Shown piece after piece: positions 39,193 through 53,621 of a DNA stretch of 64,000 bases. Position 1 is the first letter of the stretch. Every line of letters starts with the position of its first letter. The position numbers were made by a program, and so were the translations under genes. Source of the DNA: the human T2T-CHM13v2.0 reference genome, Homo sapiens; assembly GCF_009914755.1 (NCBI RefSeq), contig NC_060931.1. One strand, given 5' to 3'. The notes under the pieces were generated by a model. That model made no database searches, was not told where the DNA came from, and was given only the letters and a program-made list of their open reading frames with translations.

Positions 39193-40354
39193 TCACACCA
39201 GCCCTCGACCCCCTGGGCATCAGGACCGCAGCCAGTGCCTCTCACCCAGACTCTGTGCTCCACCCTTGGAGAGTGGGGCAGGGCTGGGCAGAGACCCCCT
39301 TCTCTTCCCCACTGTGAGGCCTCCAGCAAGCCCTATTCCCTCCCCGAGATGGCCCCTCCTCTGCAGGAAAACTTCTCCACGTGTGGCCCTAACACGTCGT
39401 CTTTAACCGCCGGTCAGCCCCAGAAGGTGCCGGACACCACCTGGGCACCACCAGCCCACAGACAGACATCTGCGTCTCTCTTCTCCCCGGGGCACAGAGG
39501 CCAAACCTGCCCCAGCTTCCTCCTCACCCAGCCGCCAAGCTGGGGCTTAGGGGCAAGGATTCCAGAAGCGCTCGCAGAGCCAGAAACCATTCTTCAAGTC
39601 AACAAATCACCCCGGCCCCCACCTCCACCGCCGTTTTTAATGGTTAACCAGCACAATAAACACAGCGATAATAGGTTTCTGATCCCTTATCGCCGTCACA
39701 CCGAGGAGGCTGCCGAGGCTGCAAGTGCCCCCTCCGGGCCGGACCGCAGGCTGGACGCCCCTTTCATCTGCAGCCAAGCAGCTCAAAGGGGAGAGTGTTT
39801 CCAAACCAAGCCCTTTCCAGTGCAAATTTTGCAGCAAAAATAGAAAAGGAAATTCTTAATCTGCTGTTTCATGTGTGACGAGCGGTTCTGTGGTGGGACA
39901 GCGGCCCCGAGAATGCCCTGTCGCTTTATCTGAGGCCTTCCCCACACAAGTAAGGCTGCATAGCCCAGGCCTTTTGTGCTCTGCGACCAGTGGGCCAGGG
40001 CTTTGTTGTGGGCACCCGAGACTGGGCCGGGCTGCCCCATTCCATCGGCCTTTGATCTGAGTTTGGCACCGTAAATGTGGCCGACCGCCTATCCGGGCCT
40101 CGGATGCCTGGAGCCTGGTTCCCCACCATGCAGCTTCATCAGGCTTTGAAACAACCGTGCAGGGAGCTAAGCCTGGACGCAGAGGCCGCACCTGCAGCTG
40201 ACAGCGAGGGAAAGTGGAGGAGGGTTTAAAGCAAAGTCCAGACTCGGAGAAGTCCCGCAGGGGGACCTTGGGCGGTGGAACCTGCTCCGTGCACCCTTCC
40301 CCCTTTTATCTCTTAGGAGGGCCTGGGACTTGTGAACACACTTTACCAAAAAAC

Positions 40355-40655
40355 CATAAAGGAAGAAAAGAAGGGGGGGGGAGGGAGAGAGAGAAAAGAA
40401 AGAAGAGAAGAGAGGAGAAGGGAAGGGAAGGGAAGGAGGGTGGGCAGGAGGGAGAGGGAGGGAGGGAAAGGGAAGGAGGGAGGGAGGGAGTGAAAAAAGA
40501 AGAAAAAGAAAAGAAGGAAGGAGAGAAAGGGAGAGAGACACAGAGGGAAAGAAGGAAGGGAGGGAGGAAGGAAGGAAAGAAGAAAAAAGAAAGAAGGAGA
40601 AAGAGACAGAGGGAAGGAAGGGAGGGAGGAAGGAGGGAGGGAGGGAAGGAAAGAG
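40355..40655. repeat. Polypurine (GGAA/GA-rich) low-complexity tract
   Basis: Almost exclusively A/G on + strand. Confidence 0.92.
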
Positions 40656-43600
40656 TTCAGAAAAATAGTTCCGAGCGACACTCTCTGAAGTTTTAAGAAC
40701 CTGGCCTCTGTTATGTGATGGTGCCAAGGGCATGAATTGAGGGAGTCGGTGAATGAATGAGCTGAGCCAGCCGTGTTCCTCCCCAGCCGTGTTCCTCTCC
40801 CTCTTCCAGGGAACAGCGGGGCCAGCGGGGGGGGACCCCCTTTCCAGTTGGGAGGCCTCAGAGATTCTTCTTTCCCCTTAAAAGGCCTGTCTCCGTGGAA
40901 TGCCTGCCTCCCAGTGGAACCAGCTGCTGCTTCCCAGTGCAAAAACTCACCCGGGGACCTGGGGTGCTTTTTGCAAACACTGTCTCAGAAGAGCAATGGC
41001 GGGGTTCCAGGCCTCGCACCTCACCCCACTCCCACCGCGGCGGCTACCTCTTTCCTCGCACGCTCCATGGAGAGCTGGACCTGCGGGCCGACGGAGGGAA
41101 CCCTGTACACGCCCCCTCACTCACTCGCCATCCCCTGCCCCAAATGCAGTGAATCTCTCCTGTGGTCCCGGATTCACCGTCTCCACTCAGAGTCGCTAAT
41201 TCTAGAGACAAGGACGGCCTTGTTCCAGCTGGAACGCACACGGAATGGGAAGGTGAATGGGGTGGGAAGCGTGCGTGGGTCCTGCCACTTGGCTCGTGGG
41301 CAGCCCTCTGTGCTGGGGGTCACGTGGGGCCCACGGCCGCCCGTGAAGGAGCCTCCCCTGATGGAGGAGACCTGAGCCCAGGCCGCTGAGTGAGCCCTGA
41401 GGTGTGGAACTTGCAGGAGCCCACAGGGGTAGGAAGTCTCACAAAGGGTACGGGGTCCGTGTCGGCACCCACGCCACCACCGGACCAGCTGGGAGATCCC
41501 GGGCTCAGAGGCAGCCTCTGCCCCAGCGTCTCCTGTGCAGCTGGAGACAGCCAGGTCCTCACTTGGGGACCGAGCCGGCCTCACCTGAGACAGGCCCTTC
41601 TGCCCTCAGGCCTGCCTCTCACAGCCTAGCTGCCCATCACAGCTTCATGTTCTGGGCGGGCCGCTCGACCTCTCTGACCCCCAGTGACCCACATCCAAGC
41701 TCCGTTTTGGCTAAAGGCGCTGAGATTCCAACCCTGCGGTCCGCGAGGCCCACGGCCCAGAAGCTTGGAACTTGTAGCGTAAGACCTGAGCCTGCTCTGG
41801 ACTTTCAAAGCTCCACGGGGGCCTCAGCCTGCACCGCATGCATCTGGGGAGGTGGACGAGCAGAGCTCGCCGGTCTCACAGATGGGGAGACTGAGGACCA
41901 GATGCTAGAGCCAGAGGAAGGTGCCAGAAGTCCCTGGAAGCAGCAGGGCCTGTGCGTCCATCCCCAGGGCAGATGCTCCTGAAAAGACGCGGCTGCAGAG
42001 CGGGACCCGGCAGCGCCCGGAGAGATACTGGAGTGACTCGAGTTAAGACACAGAGGCCACTTTCAGTTCACTGACTGTCCCGGTGCCCGGACCACGGAAA
42101 TCACTTCCTCGGGCCGTGGGAAAAAACGCAGCCACGGGGTGGGGGAAACCGAACGGGCACGGGGAGGGGCCGCTTTGCATCTTCACACTCGGAGGGGCCT
42201 GGCCCTGAGAGGAGAGGAGCCAGGGGCATCCCCGAGGATGGGCAAACAGGCCACCGGCTGACGGGGGCACAGCGGGGCCAGCACTGGGATCCAGCAAAGA
42301 CGCGGCCGGCAGCTGCCCCGAGAGAGCGCGTCCGTCAGGGAAGAGCGCGTGGGGCTTCCGGTGCCCACCCTTCCTTTCCTGACCTCACACCTCGCACCTC
42401 TGATAGCTCTTCCCTTCTCAAGAGCCGTCCGTGGCTCCCACTGGCTGCCAACTCAAGCCCCAACGTCTTCCCAGAGGAAGTGGCATTTACACAGGGCCTC
42501 GGAGTAGGGGAGGAGGGAGGGCACCGGGCAGGGTGTGGGAACAGAGACCCAAAGGAGACCCGAAGGAGTGGACGTGCATGGCCAGCGCGGCAGGAAGGGG
42601 GGTGTGAGGACGGAGGAGAGGGCGGCCCCCCGAGGAGCTGGCAAGCCCATCCTCTCCTGAGGGGACTTGGTGGCTCGGGAAGACCCCCGGGAGTGAGTAG
42701 CCCCGGCTGCCGGTGCCCCGGAGACAGGCTACCTGGCCAGTGGCTGCTCAGGAAGACGTTCTGCTTTCTCTCCCGCTGGAAATGGAAGGAGGGGAGGGCG
42801 GGGATGGGGGAGCTGCAGAACAGGGGGCCCAGCGAGGGCTGCGAATGGCAGGAAGGCTGTGGGCGGGTGGCGGCTTGCTGAGGCTGGAGGGGCTGCCTGG
42901 CCGGGCATTTGCCGTGCAAGTCGGGACGTGCAGCCACCGGCAGCCTCCCCTCAGCCCCCGACTCACAGCCGCAGGCCCCGGCCCACCCTGGGCCCCTCCT
43001 GCCTCCGCTCCTGACTGTTCTGGGATATTCCTGGCTTCACGTCCACACTCCGCTGTCTCCTGCTCCGTCCTCGCGGCAGGTCTGGGCCTGTGCGCTGTGG
43101 CGACTTGGGCCCGCGGTCTGATGTCTGCTCCGTGACCAGCCTGGCCCAGGCTGTGGGGACAGAGGGTTACTTCTGCAGCCCGGCAGGCACGAGACACAGG
43201 CTGGCCCCCAGGGAACAGCCAGACGGTGGGTGGAGATGGGCTGTGTGCCCCCCAGCAGGAGAGCAGGCACCGGGGTGGGCTCATGGCTGGGAGCCCCATC
43301 CTCGGGTGGCCTCTGGGCTGGGCGTCTTTGGGTGGGTGTCTTTGCTGGATCCGTCAACCCTACCTGAAGCCGGGGTTTCTGAGGCCTGAGACCCAGGCCC
43401 CGAGGTGCAAGGGTGGTGGGCGGGGCGGCAGCTCCCGGCGGACACACCCAGGGCGTCCTACAATGCATTTGAATGTTCAACACAGCATTCGCCTCTCTGG
43501 GCCTCAGTTTCCTCCTCTGTGACTCAGGACAATGGTCCCAGCCCCGTTTCCAGGAAGGCAGAGGACCTTGAGGCCGGAGTCTCGGACGGGGAAAGCCTGT

Positions 43601-44451
43601 GGTCCCCTGTGCCCATGGGAGAGGCCGTCATTCTCACCGGTCCCATGTCAGGAAAATAAATCAGCGCTGACCACCCAGGGCTTGAGGCCGGCCCCCCCTG
43701 AGTGTGGCAGAGGACAAGGCAGCCGGGGCGCCTGGGGCAGTGGATGGAAGGGGGTAGGTGGAGGCTCTGCTGGGGAGGGCGTGGCAGGACCCCAACAGGC
43801 AGCCCCACCCACTCCCACCCTCAGGGCAGGGACCTGACTTGGCACGGGGGGGCCTTAGGGGCGGGAGACCAAGGGCTTCTGAGACCGGGGCCAGGGCGGG
43901 ACGGCCTTCTCCAGCGAGCAGGAAACAGATGGGCTGACCAGGGCAGCTTAGGCCCCCAGAGCAGGTAACCAGCCTCTGCGGAGAGGGAGTCGGGGGCTGG
44001 AAGTGAGGTTGACCTAGCGCCCCTGTCACAGCCCCACCCAGGCCTGGCAAGGCCACCTCCGACCCAGCCACACCCCAGGTGCCCCTGTCAGCACGGTGAG
44101 GACAGCAAGTCTGAGGCCAGGCACAAAAGAAGCCGAGGGGAGTAGGGCCGGGTGGGCGGCTGGGGCTCCTCCCTCTCCTGGGCTCAGCAGAGAGCACGGG
44201 CGTAAGGCTTCCGTCCGCACCCCGCCCATCCCAGCCTGACCCTCCTGCCGGCTGACCAGAGCCTCAGGAAGCGGGAGAGAATCTCTGTGGGCTCAGCCAG
44301 GCCAGGGAAAGGTGACTGTCCACAGCACGAAAGACCTGCCCCTTCCTGCCCGCCAGGTGTGGACCTGGCCCTGCTCCTGGCATTGGGTACTGGGCAGAAT
44401 CCCAGAGGTTAGAGCAGCTCACACCCCTCTCGGTGGGACACCCGGCTGTGA

Positions 44452-44805
<354 letters not shown>

Positions 44806-46369
44806 GAGCCTCAGTTGTCTTATCTGTGAAATGTGAAGACAATAATAGCCACCTCCTAAATCACTGGGAACAGTAAACCGGGAAATCCTCACTGCTCGGA
44901 ACACAGAAAACAATGAATAGCAACAATTTTCTTCACCATTAATTTATTTTTCATTCACGAAGAAGCCCGTGGGGTACAACTGAGTTAGAGACACAGGACG
45001 CTGCGCCGGCGGTGCCAGCTCCTGAACCCGGCCACCTGCAGTCACTCACACGTCCTGGGAGCTGACAAGCTCAGCCCCACTGCGTGGCGGCCCAGGGCCA
45101 AGGGTGTGGAGGCTGCCCCGTCTGCGCCCATTTCACGACTGTGGGACTGCTCCACACCTGGGGTCTCAACAGACCCCCACACCAGTCCTAGCGTAGAGAA
45201 CCGAGGATGCCCTCCTTGCAGATGACAACCCCAAGGCCAAGAGCAGGGAAGGGCCCTGGTCACCCAGCCAGGCCGGCAGAGCTGTGGCTGGACCACGCCG
45301 GGTGAGAGCCTCCCCCACCTGGACGCATGGTCTGGCCCACGGCCTGTCCCCGCTCTCAGGCTGCTTCTGTGCTTGCCACGGAGCAGGATCCTCACACTTC
45401 CTCCCGCCCAACAGCCCCGCAGGCGCCAGGACCCCCAGGCCTGGGGTGTATCTTCTCCAAGAGAAGCTCCCAACCGCCCCTCTGTAGGTCCCGGGCTGCT
45501 GCCACCTCGGGCTCCTTCCCTGGGTCGCAGGGGTCTCTGGGGGCAACTCCTCTCCATGTGTGGCCCGACAGGGAAATCTCCTTCATAGCAAAGCATGGGT
45601 GGGCCCGGGTCCCGCCGACCACGGCCCCTGTCCCAAGGCCGCCTCTGGACACTCCAAGCTGTACTGCCTGGAGGACGAGGCCGGCCCGGGACCAGGGAGG
45701 CTCAGGTGCGGCTCCTCAGGTGCAGGACGCGGGGCAGCAGGTCTGGGGAGGGCACAGGGCTCGGAGGACTTGGCTGTGAGCAGCCGGGCACTGCCCGAGC
45801 TTCCTGCTTCCACAGCCCCGCGGCTGTCCACGTCCTCCCTGCTCAAAGTCCGGGGCGGGACCTCCTGTCACAGACTCTTCTGAAGCTGCCCCGGAGGGGA
45901 GGGGCCACCCACAGGACTCCTGCCCCATGCTGGCACCGCCATCCACTTCTCTGAGCCTCGTCCGCTCATCCGTGAAGTGGCCGTAACTGTGGCACCTGCT
46001 CAGGACGCCTGGAGACCAGGAGGAGAGGGGTGAGGGCCTCGCGTGGCTCCCAGGAGAGGGGCCGCCCCGGAAGGGCTCGTTTCGTCCCTGGGGGCTGGGC
46101 CACCTGCACTCGAGTTTCCCGGTCTGTAAAGCGAGGACGCGGCTCTGGATCAGCAGACCGGAGACTGGGGCCAGCCGGGTGCTGGGCGTGCGTTGGAGGC
46201 GCTGTCTGACACCTTGGAGGCGTCCTCCCGGCTTCGTTCCAGTTTCTCCAAAGGCGAATCGCGCCAAGGACCCGGCCCAGCCCAAGAGGAAGGCGCATTG
46301 TCCCGAGACTGGCCTGGGCCCGGGAGGGGAGGGAGCGGTTGGGGGTGGCCCTTGCCGGGAGCCCCTCTC

Positions 46370-46790
46370 TGGGGGGCGTGGCCTGGGCGGGGGCCAGTGT
46401 CCTGCGGTCTTGGACCCTGGGCTGAGGTAAGCGTCGTCCTGGGAAAGTGTGGCTCAGCAGGAAGGAGCGGAGCACAGTGAGAGCCGCAGGGACTTCCGGG
46501 AATTGGAGAGGGAAGTGTGGGGAGAGGAGGCCGCGGCAGGTGCCTCTGGGGTGGCTTCCAGGCAGGCGAGGAGCTGCTCTGGTGGCCCCCCCGGATGATC
46601 CACCCCCAGGTCAGCAGGACTCTGGGCTCCGGTCGCCCCTCCCTCCTCAAGGGTTTATTCCACATGCCCCACGGCCCACCCCGCTCTGCGCAAATTTCCC
46701 CTTCGTATAAGGTCGCTGGGTCCGCCCTACTCCTGTGACCGCATCTAAACAAATCACAGCTGCGACAACCCGGCTTCCAAATATGGCCAC
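46370..46790 (+). promoter_or_regulatory. Candidate CpG-rich promoter/enhancer: GC boxes, splice donor, ETS, Forkhead, E-box, CArG
   Basis: gggggcgtggc and gggcgggg (~46372-46392), AG|GTAAGC at 46427, acttccgg ~46492, TAAACA 46746, CAGCTG 46757, CCAAATATGG 46777-46786. Confidence 0.45.
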
Positions 46791-47010
46791 ACACGGAGGC
46801 CCCAGAGGTTCGGACTCCACACATGGATTTGGGGAGACACGAATTGGCCTATAACAGGCTCTTGTGCAGAAGGGGAGGTGATGGAGGTGGCTTCTATTCC
46901 CAGGACCCTCAATGCTCAGAACGGAGAGTGGCAGACAAGGGGCCTGGTCTGGAAAACTGATCCCCAGCAAAGCCTCCTGCTGAGTGACGTCTTCGTGCAG
47001 GTGCAGCTCG

Positions 47011-47184
47011 GACAGAGGGAGGGAGGGGAGGGGGCAGGGGGACAGAGGGAGGCAGGGGAGGGGGCAGGGGGACAGAGGGAGGGAGGGGAGGGGGCAGGGG
47101 GACAGAGGGAGGGAGGGGAGGGGGCAGGGGGACAGAGGGAGGGAGGGGAGGGGGCAGGAGGACAGAGGGAGGGAGGGGAGGGGA
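47011..47184. repeat. 30-bp G-rich minisatellite gacagagggagggaggggagggggcagggg, ~6 copies
   Basis: Units start at 47011, 47041, 47071, 47101, 47131, 47161. Confidence 0.96.
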
Positions 47185-50080
47185 CTGGAGCAAACAGCAG
47201 GTGGTGAGCTCCTGGGCCAGACACAGCCAATTACCAGACACAAGGGACAATCCCATGGCCACTTGGGACCCCAGCCCTCTCCCCGGGAGAGCCAGGGAGG
47301 GAAATTCACCTGCCTGCCCCTTCTCATCTCCCAGGTCCCGCTGGTGACCGTGGCCCATGGGATGTCTCTGACCTGCAGCAGCGTCACTCACCCCTCTGAG
47401 CAAGCTCTGGGAGGCAGCGTCCCTGTGGATCTGGCATCTGTAGAGACTGCACCATGAACAGCCTTCACTCAGGAGGCAGGTGATGGCCAGGACTCCCTGA
47501 GACAGGGGACGCAGAAGGAAGGGGCAGCGGGCTGTGCCCTGGGGGGATCACACTCCCCTGCTCGCAGCTCAGGGGAGCTGGGGGTGGGTGCTGGATCCCC
47601 TGAGGCAGCAGGAGACCCCTGCCTTCAGCTCAGAGTGAGCCTCCCCTTTGTCCTGCCTCCCATCAGCTTGAAGCTGCCTCAGTTTCCCTCCCTCCTGGCC
47701 CTCATGAACCTCCTGGTGGGTCCAGGGCTTTGGCCAGCAGAGCTAGTGCATGAAGTGTGGAGATGCGGGATGGCATTGCCCCCGGCAGGGACCCCGCGAG
47801 CCTGCATGCACGCTGTGCAGACTGATGAGCCGTCCACGGCACTGACTCAAACCATCCAGAGGGGAGTGGGGGATGCCCACAGGTGGGGACACTGAGGCAC
47901 CGAGAAGGGACCGACCCAGGGTCCTGCTTAAAGAGAGACATCAGGAGACGCCTGGCACAGACAAGACTTATTTTTCCGGGTGCCTCCCACTAAGCCCTGC
48001 TATAAATCCAGGAAACTGCACGTGCAGTGGACAGAAAATTCCAAAGCATGCAAGTGGTCAGGGCCCAGGTGGGAGAGACGGCCGGGTGACAGGAAGGAAG
48101 AGAGCCAGGCTGGGCATTTCCTGACTCCCAGCCTAGCAAGAGAAGGCAGCTGGGGGGTGGGAGCCATTCCCCTGCCAGGTGCAACAGGGGCCTTGAGCAG
48201 GGGGCTCGGCACAGCAAACCACGCCCAGAAAGCCCCTTGGTCCCTGTGGGCCTGAGACCCTCCTCCCCACCAAGAAGTACGGGTGGCATCGGTAGGGGAA
48301 TGCCACAGCATGCTGGCTCAGCACAGGAAGCGACCATCGGGTAGAAACTTCCTTCCCCACCTAGAGCTGCCACATGGCCGGGGAAATCCCCGGCCCCTCA
48401 GGAAGCACCAGTGGAAACTCTGCCAGCACCAGATCAACCAAGGATACCCAGACGGCACCACCCATCCCAAAGAGTAAAAATGTCAGGAACCACAGTTCAT
48501 GACACCAGCCAGGACCTGGTGCCAACCTACAGGGCGGTGGCCTAGGAAAATAAAGTACATCCACAGGACTCAGAGTCTCTAAGCAGGGCCAAAATGCCCA
48601 GGATACAAGCAAAAGCTGCTCATCACAGCAAAAGCTGGAGGACACACACGTGAATGAGAAAAGACAATGAATGACACCAGTGCCAGGACCAGCTCGAGGC
48701 TGAGGACACGACCAGGAGGCCAGGGTTGTCACCACAGGGCACCATGACAAAGCAATGCACTCTCCAGAAACAAATGAAGTAGAAGACCTCAGCAAAGACA
48801 CAGAAGTTATCAGAAAGAACCAAAGGGAATACACAGAGCTAACAACTACAAACACAGAAACAAAACTCTCCGGATGTACTCAGTAGTAAAGTGAAGATGG
48901 CAGAGGACACAGCCAGTGAACCTGAGGACACAGCAGTAGAATGGGCCCAATAAGAACCATAGAGAGAGAAAGGGAGGGAGGAAGGGAGGAGGGAGGAAGG
49001 AAGGGAGGAAGAGAGGGAGGGAGAAAGGAGAGGAAAAAGGGAGAAGTGAGGGAGGGAGGGAAGGAGGAGGGAACAGAGGAAGAAAAAACGAACAGAGCTT
49101 CAGGAACCAGTAGAACAATAACCAAAGACCCACCCGATTTTCAGGAAGAGAACAGGACTGACTGAGGATTTGAATAAGTAATAATGGAATACTTCTCAAA
49201 TGTGGTGAAAAACATAAACTCACAGAATGAGTGAAAATAAAAATACATCAAAATGTGTGGTATGAAGCAGAGCTTAGAGGGAAATTTATAGTACCAAATA
49301 CTTAATATTAGAAAAAGAGAAAGCATCTCAAATCAATCATCTAAGTTTTGGCCTCAGGAAACTAGAGAAAGAAGAACAGATTAAATGAGAAGTGGGAAGA
49401 AGGAAGGAAATGATAAAGGACAGAAATTAATGAAATTGAAAACAAGAAAACAACAGAGAAAATCAATCAACATAAATTGGTTCTTTTGAAAATCTGTAAA
49501 ATTGATAAACCACTAGCAAGACTGACAAAAATAAAAAGAAGACGCAAATCACCAATGTCAGAGATAAAACAGGGGATATCACTACAAATCCTGTGGTCAT
49601 TAAAAGGATCATAAGAAAATACTATGAATAACTTTACACTCATGAGTTTGACAACTTAGAAGAAATGGACCAATTCTTTAAAAACATAAGCCATCAAAAC
49701 TCAACCAAGATGAAATAGATCATTTGAATAGTCTTAGAACCATCACAGCAGTTGAATTCATAATTTAAAAGTTCCCCAAAAAGAAATCTCTCAGATCAGA
49801 TGGTTTTACTGGAGAATCTTACCAAACATTTAAAGGAGCAACACCAATTTTACACAATTTCTTCCAGAACACAGAAGAGGAAGGAACACTTTCCCACTTA
49901 TTTTGTGAAACTGGCTCTATCCTGACACCAAATTAAAGACTAGTTTTAAAATCCTACTACAGACCAGTGTCTCTCCTGAACATAGAGGCAAAAATCCTCC
50001 ACTAAATACAAGCAAATATAATCCAACAATGTATAAAAATAATTATACACCAAGAACAAGTGAGACTCATACCAAATACG

Positions 50081-50296
50081 TGAGATTGACTGAGCACTGA
50101 AAAATCAGATGATGCAACCCATCAGATTAACAGGCTAAAGAAGAGGAAAATGATATAACTTTATCAATCTATGCAGAAAATATATTTGAGATTGGCTGAG
50201 CATTGAAAAATCAGATGGTGCGATCCATCAGATTAACAGGTTAAAAAAAGAGGAAAATGATATAATCTTATCAATCTATGCAGAAAATGTATTTGG
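50081..50296. repeat. 106-bp tandem duplication inside L1
   Basis: tgagattg at 50081 and 50187; aaaatcagat at 50101 and 50207. Confidence 0.9.
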
Positions 50297-51535
50297 CATA
50301 ATTCAACACACATTCTTAATAAAAATTATTGGCAAATTAGAAGTAGCAGGGAACTTCCATAACTTGCTAACAAGCATCTACAAAATCCCTGCAGCTAACC
50401 TCACTTAATATAAAAGGCCAAATGCTCTTCCCTGAGATCAGGAGCAAGACAAGGATATTCATTCCCACCACTTTCATTCAACACGCTGGAAGTTCTATTC
50501 ACTGCACTAAGGTAAGAAAAATAAATAAAAGGCACACGGATTGGAAAGGAAGAAATAAAATGATCTCTGTTTATCAAGGGCATTATTATTCACATGGACC
50601 ATCCCAACAAATGTACAAAAAACAAAAAACTAATTAGTGAGTTCAGTGCAATCACAGGATACAAGATCGACATTCAAAAAATCAATCACATTTCCATAGA
50701 CTAACAATGAAAATGTGGAAACAAAATTTTAAAATGTATTATCATTTACAAGCACTCCAAGAATAATGAAATGCTTAGACATAAACTTGATAAAATATGT
50801 CTAGTACTTGTAGGCTGAAAATTACAAAATGCTGATGAAAGGACCAAAAAAGACCTAAACAAATGAAGAAAGATATACCATGTTCATGGATTGGAAGACT
50901 CAACATAGTGTCACCTACCATGAGACTGATCTATTGATTTAATGAAATCTCTATCTAAATCCCCCAAGTCTCTTTGTAAATATAGACAAGCTTATTCTAC
51001 AATTTATATGGAAAGGCACAGGCTCCAGCTAAACAATCTTGGAAAAAGCATGAAGAGCTACTCTGCTGGGTATAAAAGATTACTGTCTTCACCAAGTCCG
51101 TATCAAAAGAGGTTTGGACACATAGATGAATGGAACAGCAGGGAACTCAGACATAGACCCACACAAATATGCCCTGCTGGTTTCCAACAGAGGTGCAAAC
51201 ATAATTCCGTGGAAGATGGGTGGCCTTTCAACAAATGGTGTTGGAGCAATTGGACATCCATAGGCAAAAAATGAGTATCCACCAAAACCTCACACCTTAT
51301 ACAAAATGCAAACAAACAAACAAACAAAAAACCTGTTATATTGAAACCAAAGTTTGAAAACTCGACACCAAAGGAAAAATTCGTAAATTGCACTTCATCA
51401 AAATTAAAGACCTTTACTCTGCAAAAGACCTTATAGATGAAAAGGTAAATGCAGACTGAGGGGAAATGTTTGCAAACCATATTTCTAAATAAGAACTAGA
51501 ATCTCATATATATAAAGAATACTTAAGAACTCTCA

Positions 51536-51855
<320 letters not shown>

Positions 51856-52348
51856 TCACCCAGCAATTGCACTCTTGGGCATTTATCCAGAGAAATGGAA
51901 ACTTATGTTCACACTAAAACCTGGACTTGGAAATTTATATCAGTTTTATTCATAATAGCCAAAAACTAGAAACAGCCTAGATTTCCTTCAGCAGACGAGT
52001 GGCTGAGTAAACTGGGTGCATCCACGTCACGGGATGTGGCTCCACAAAGAAATGGAAGAAACTAGAACTCTGATGACTCTCTAGGGAATTTTGCTGAGTT
52101 AAAACAACCCCAAAAGGTCTCATACTATGTGATTCTCTGTATATAACATTCTGGAAATGACGAAATTGTGGAAATGGAGAACAGGTGAGTGGTTGCTTGC
52201 GTTTCCAGAGAGAGAGAGGGGTGTGGTTATTAAAAGGCAGTGGGGTTCTCATGCTGACGCGTGTCTGCCTCTTGACTGCAGTGGGGGCTCAACCACCTGC
52301 ACCTGTGATCAATTGCATGGGGCTAAACACACACGTGTGTGGTACACC

Positions 52349-53047
<699 letters not shown>

Positions 53048-53254
53048 ACACACAAATGAGAGACTCAAGCAGTGCAAGGTTCTGGTCGTGGGGCAGCGCT
53101 ACAGACGCCACGGGAGGCTGAGGGAATCAGGAGTGCCCCCTTCACCCTTTTTCTATTCTTTCTTACGGCTGAATATGGGTCTACAATGATCCCAAAAGTT
53201 GAAAAATGTATTTCAAAAAAGGGCCCAGAAAAGCCTAAAATCCCAGCCCACTGA

Positions 53255-53621
<367 letters not shown>

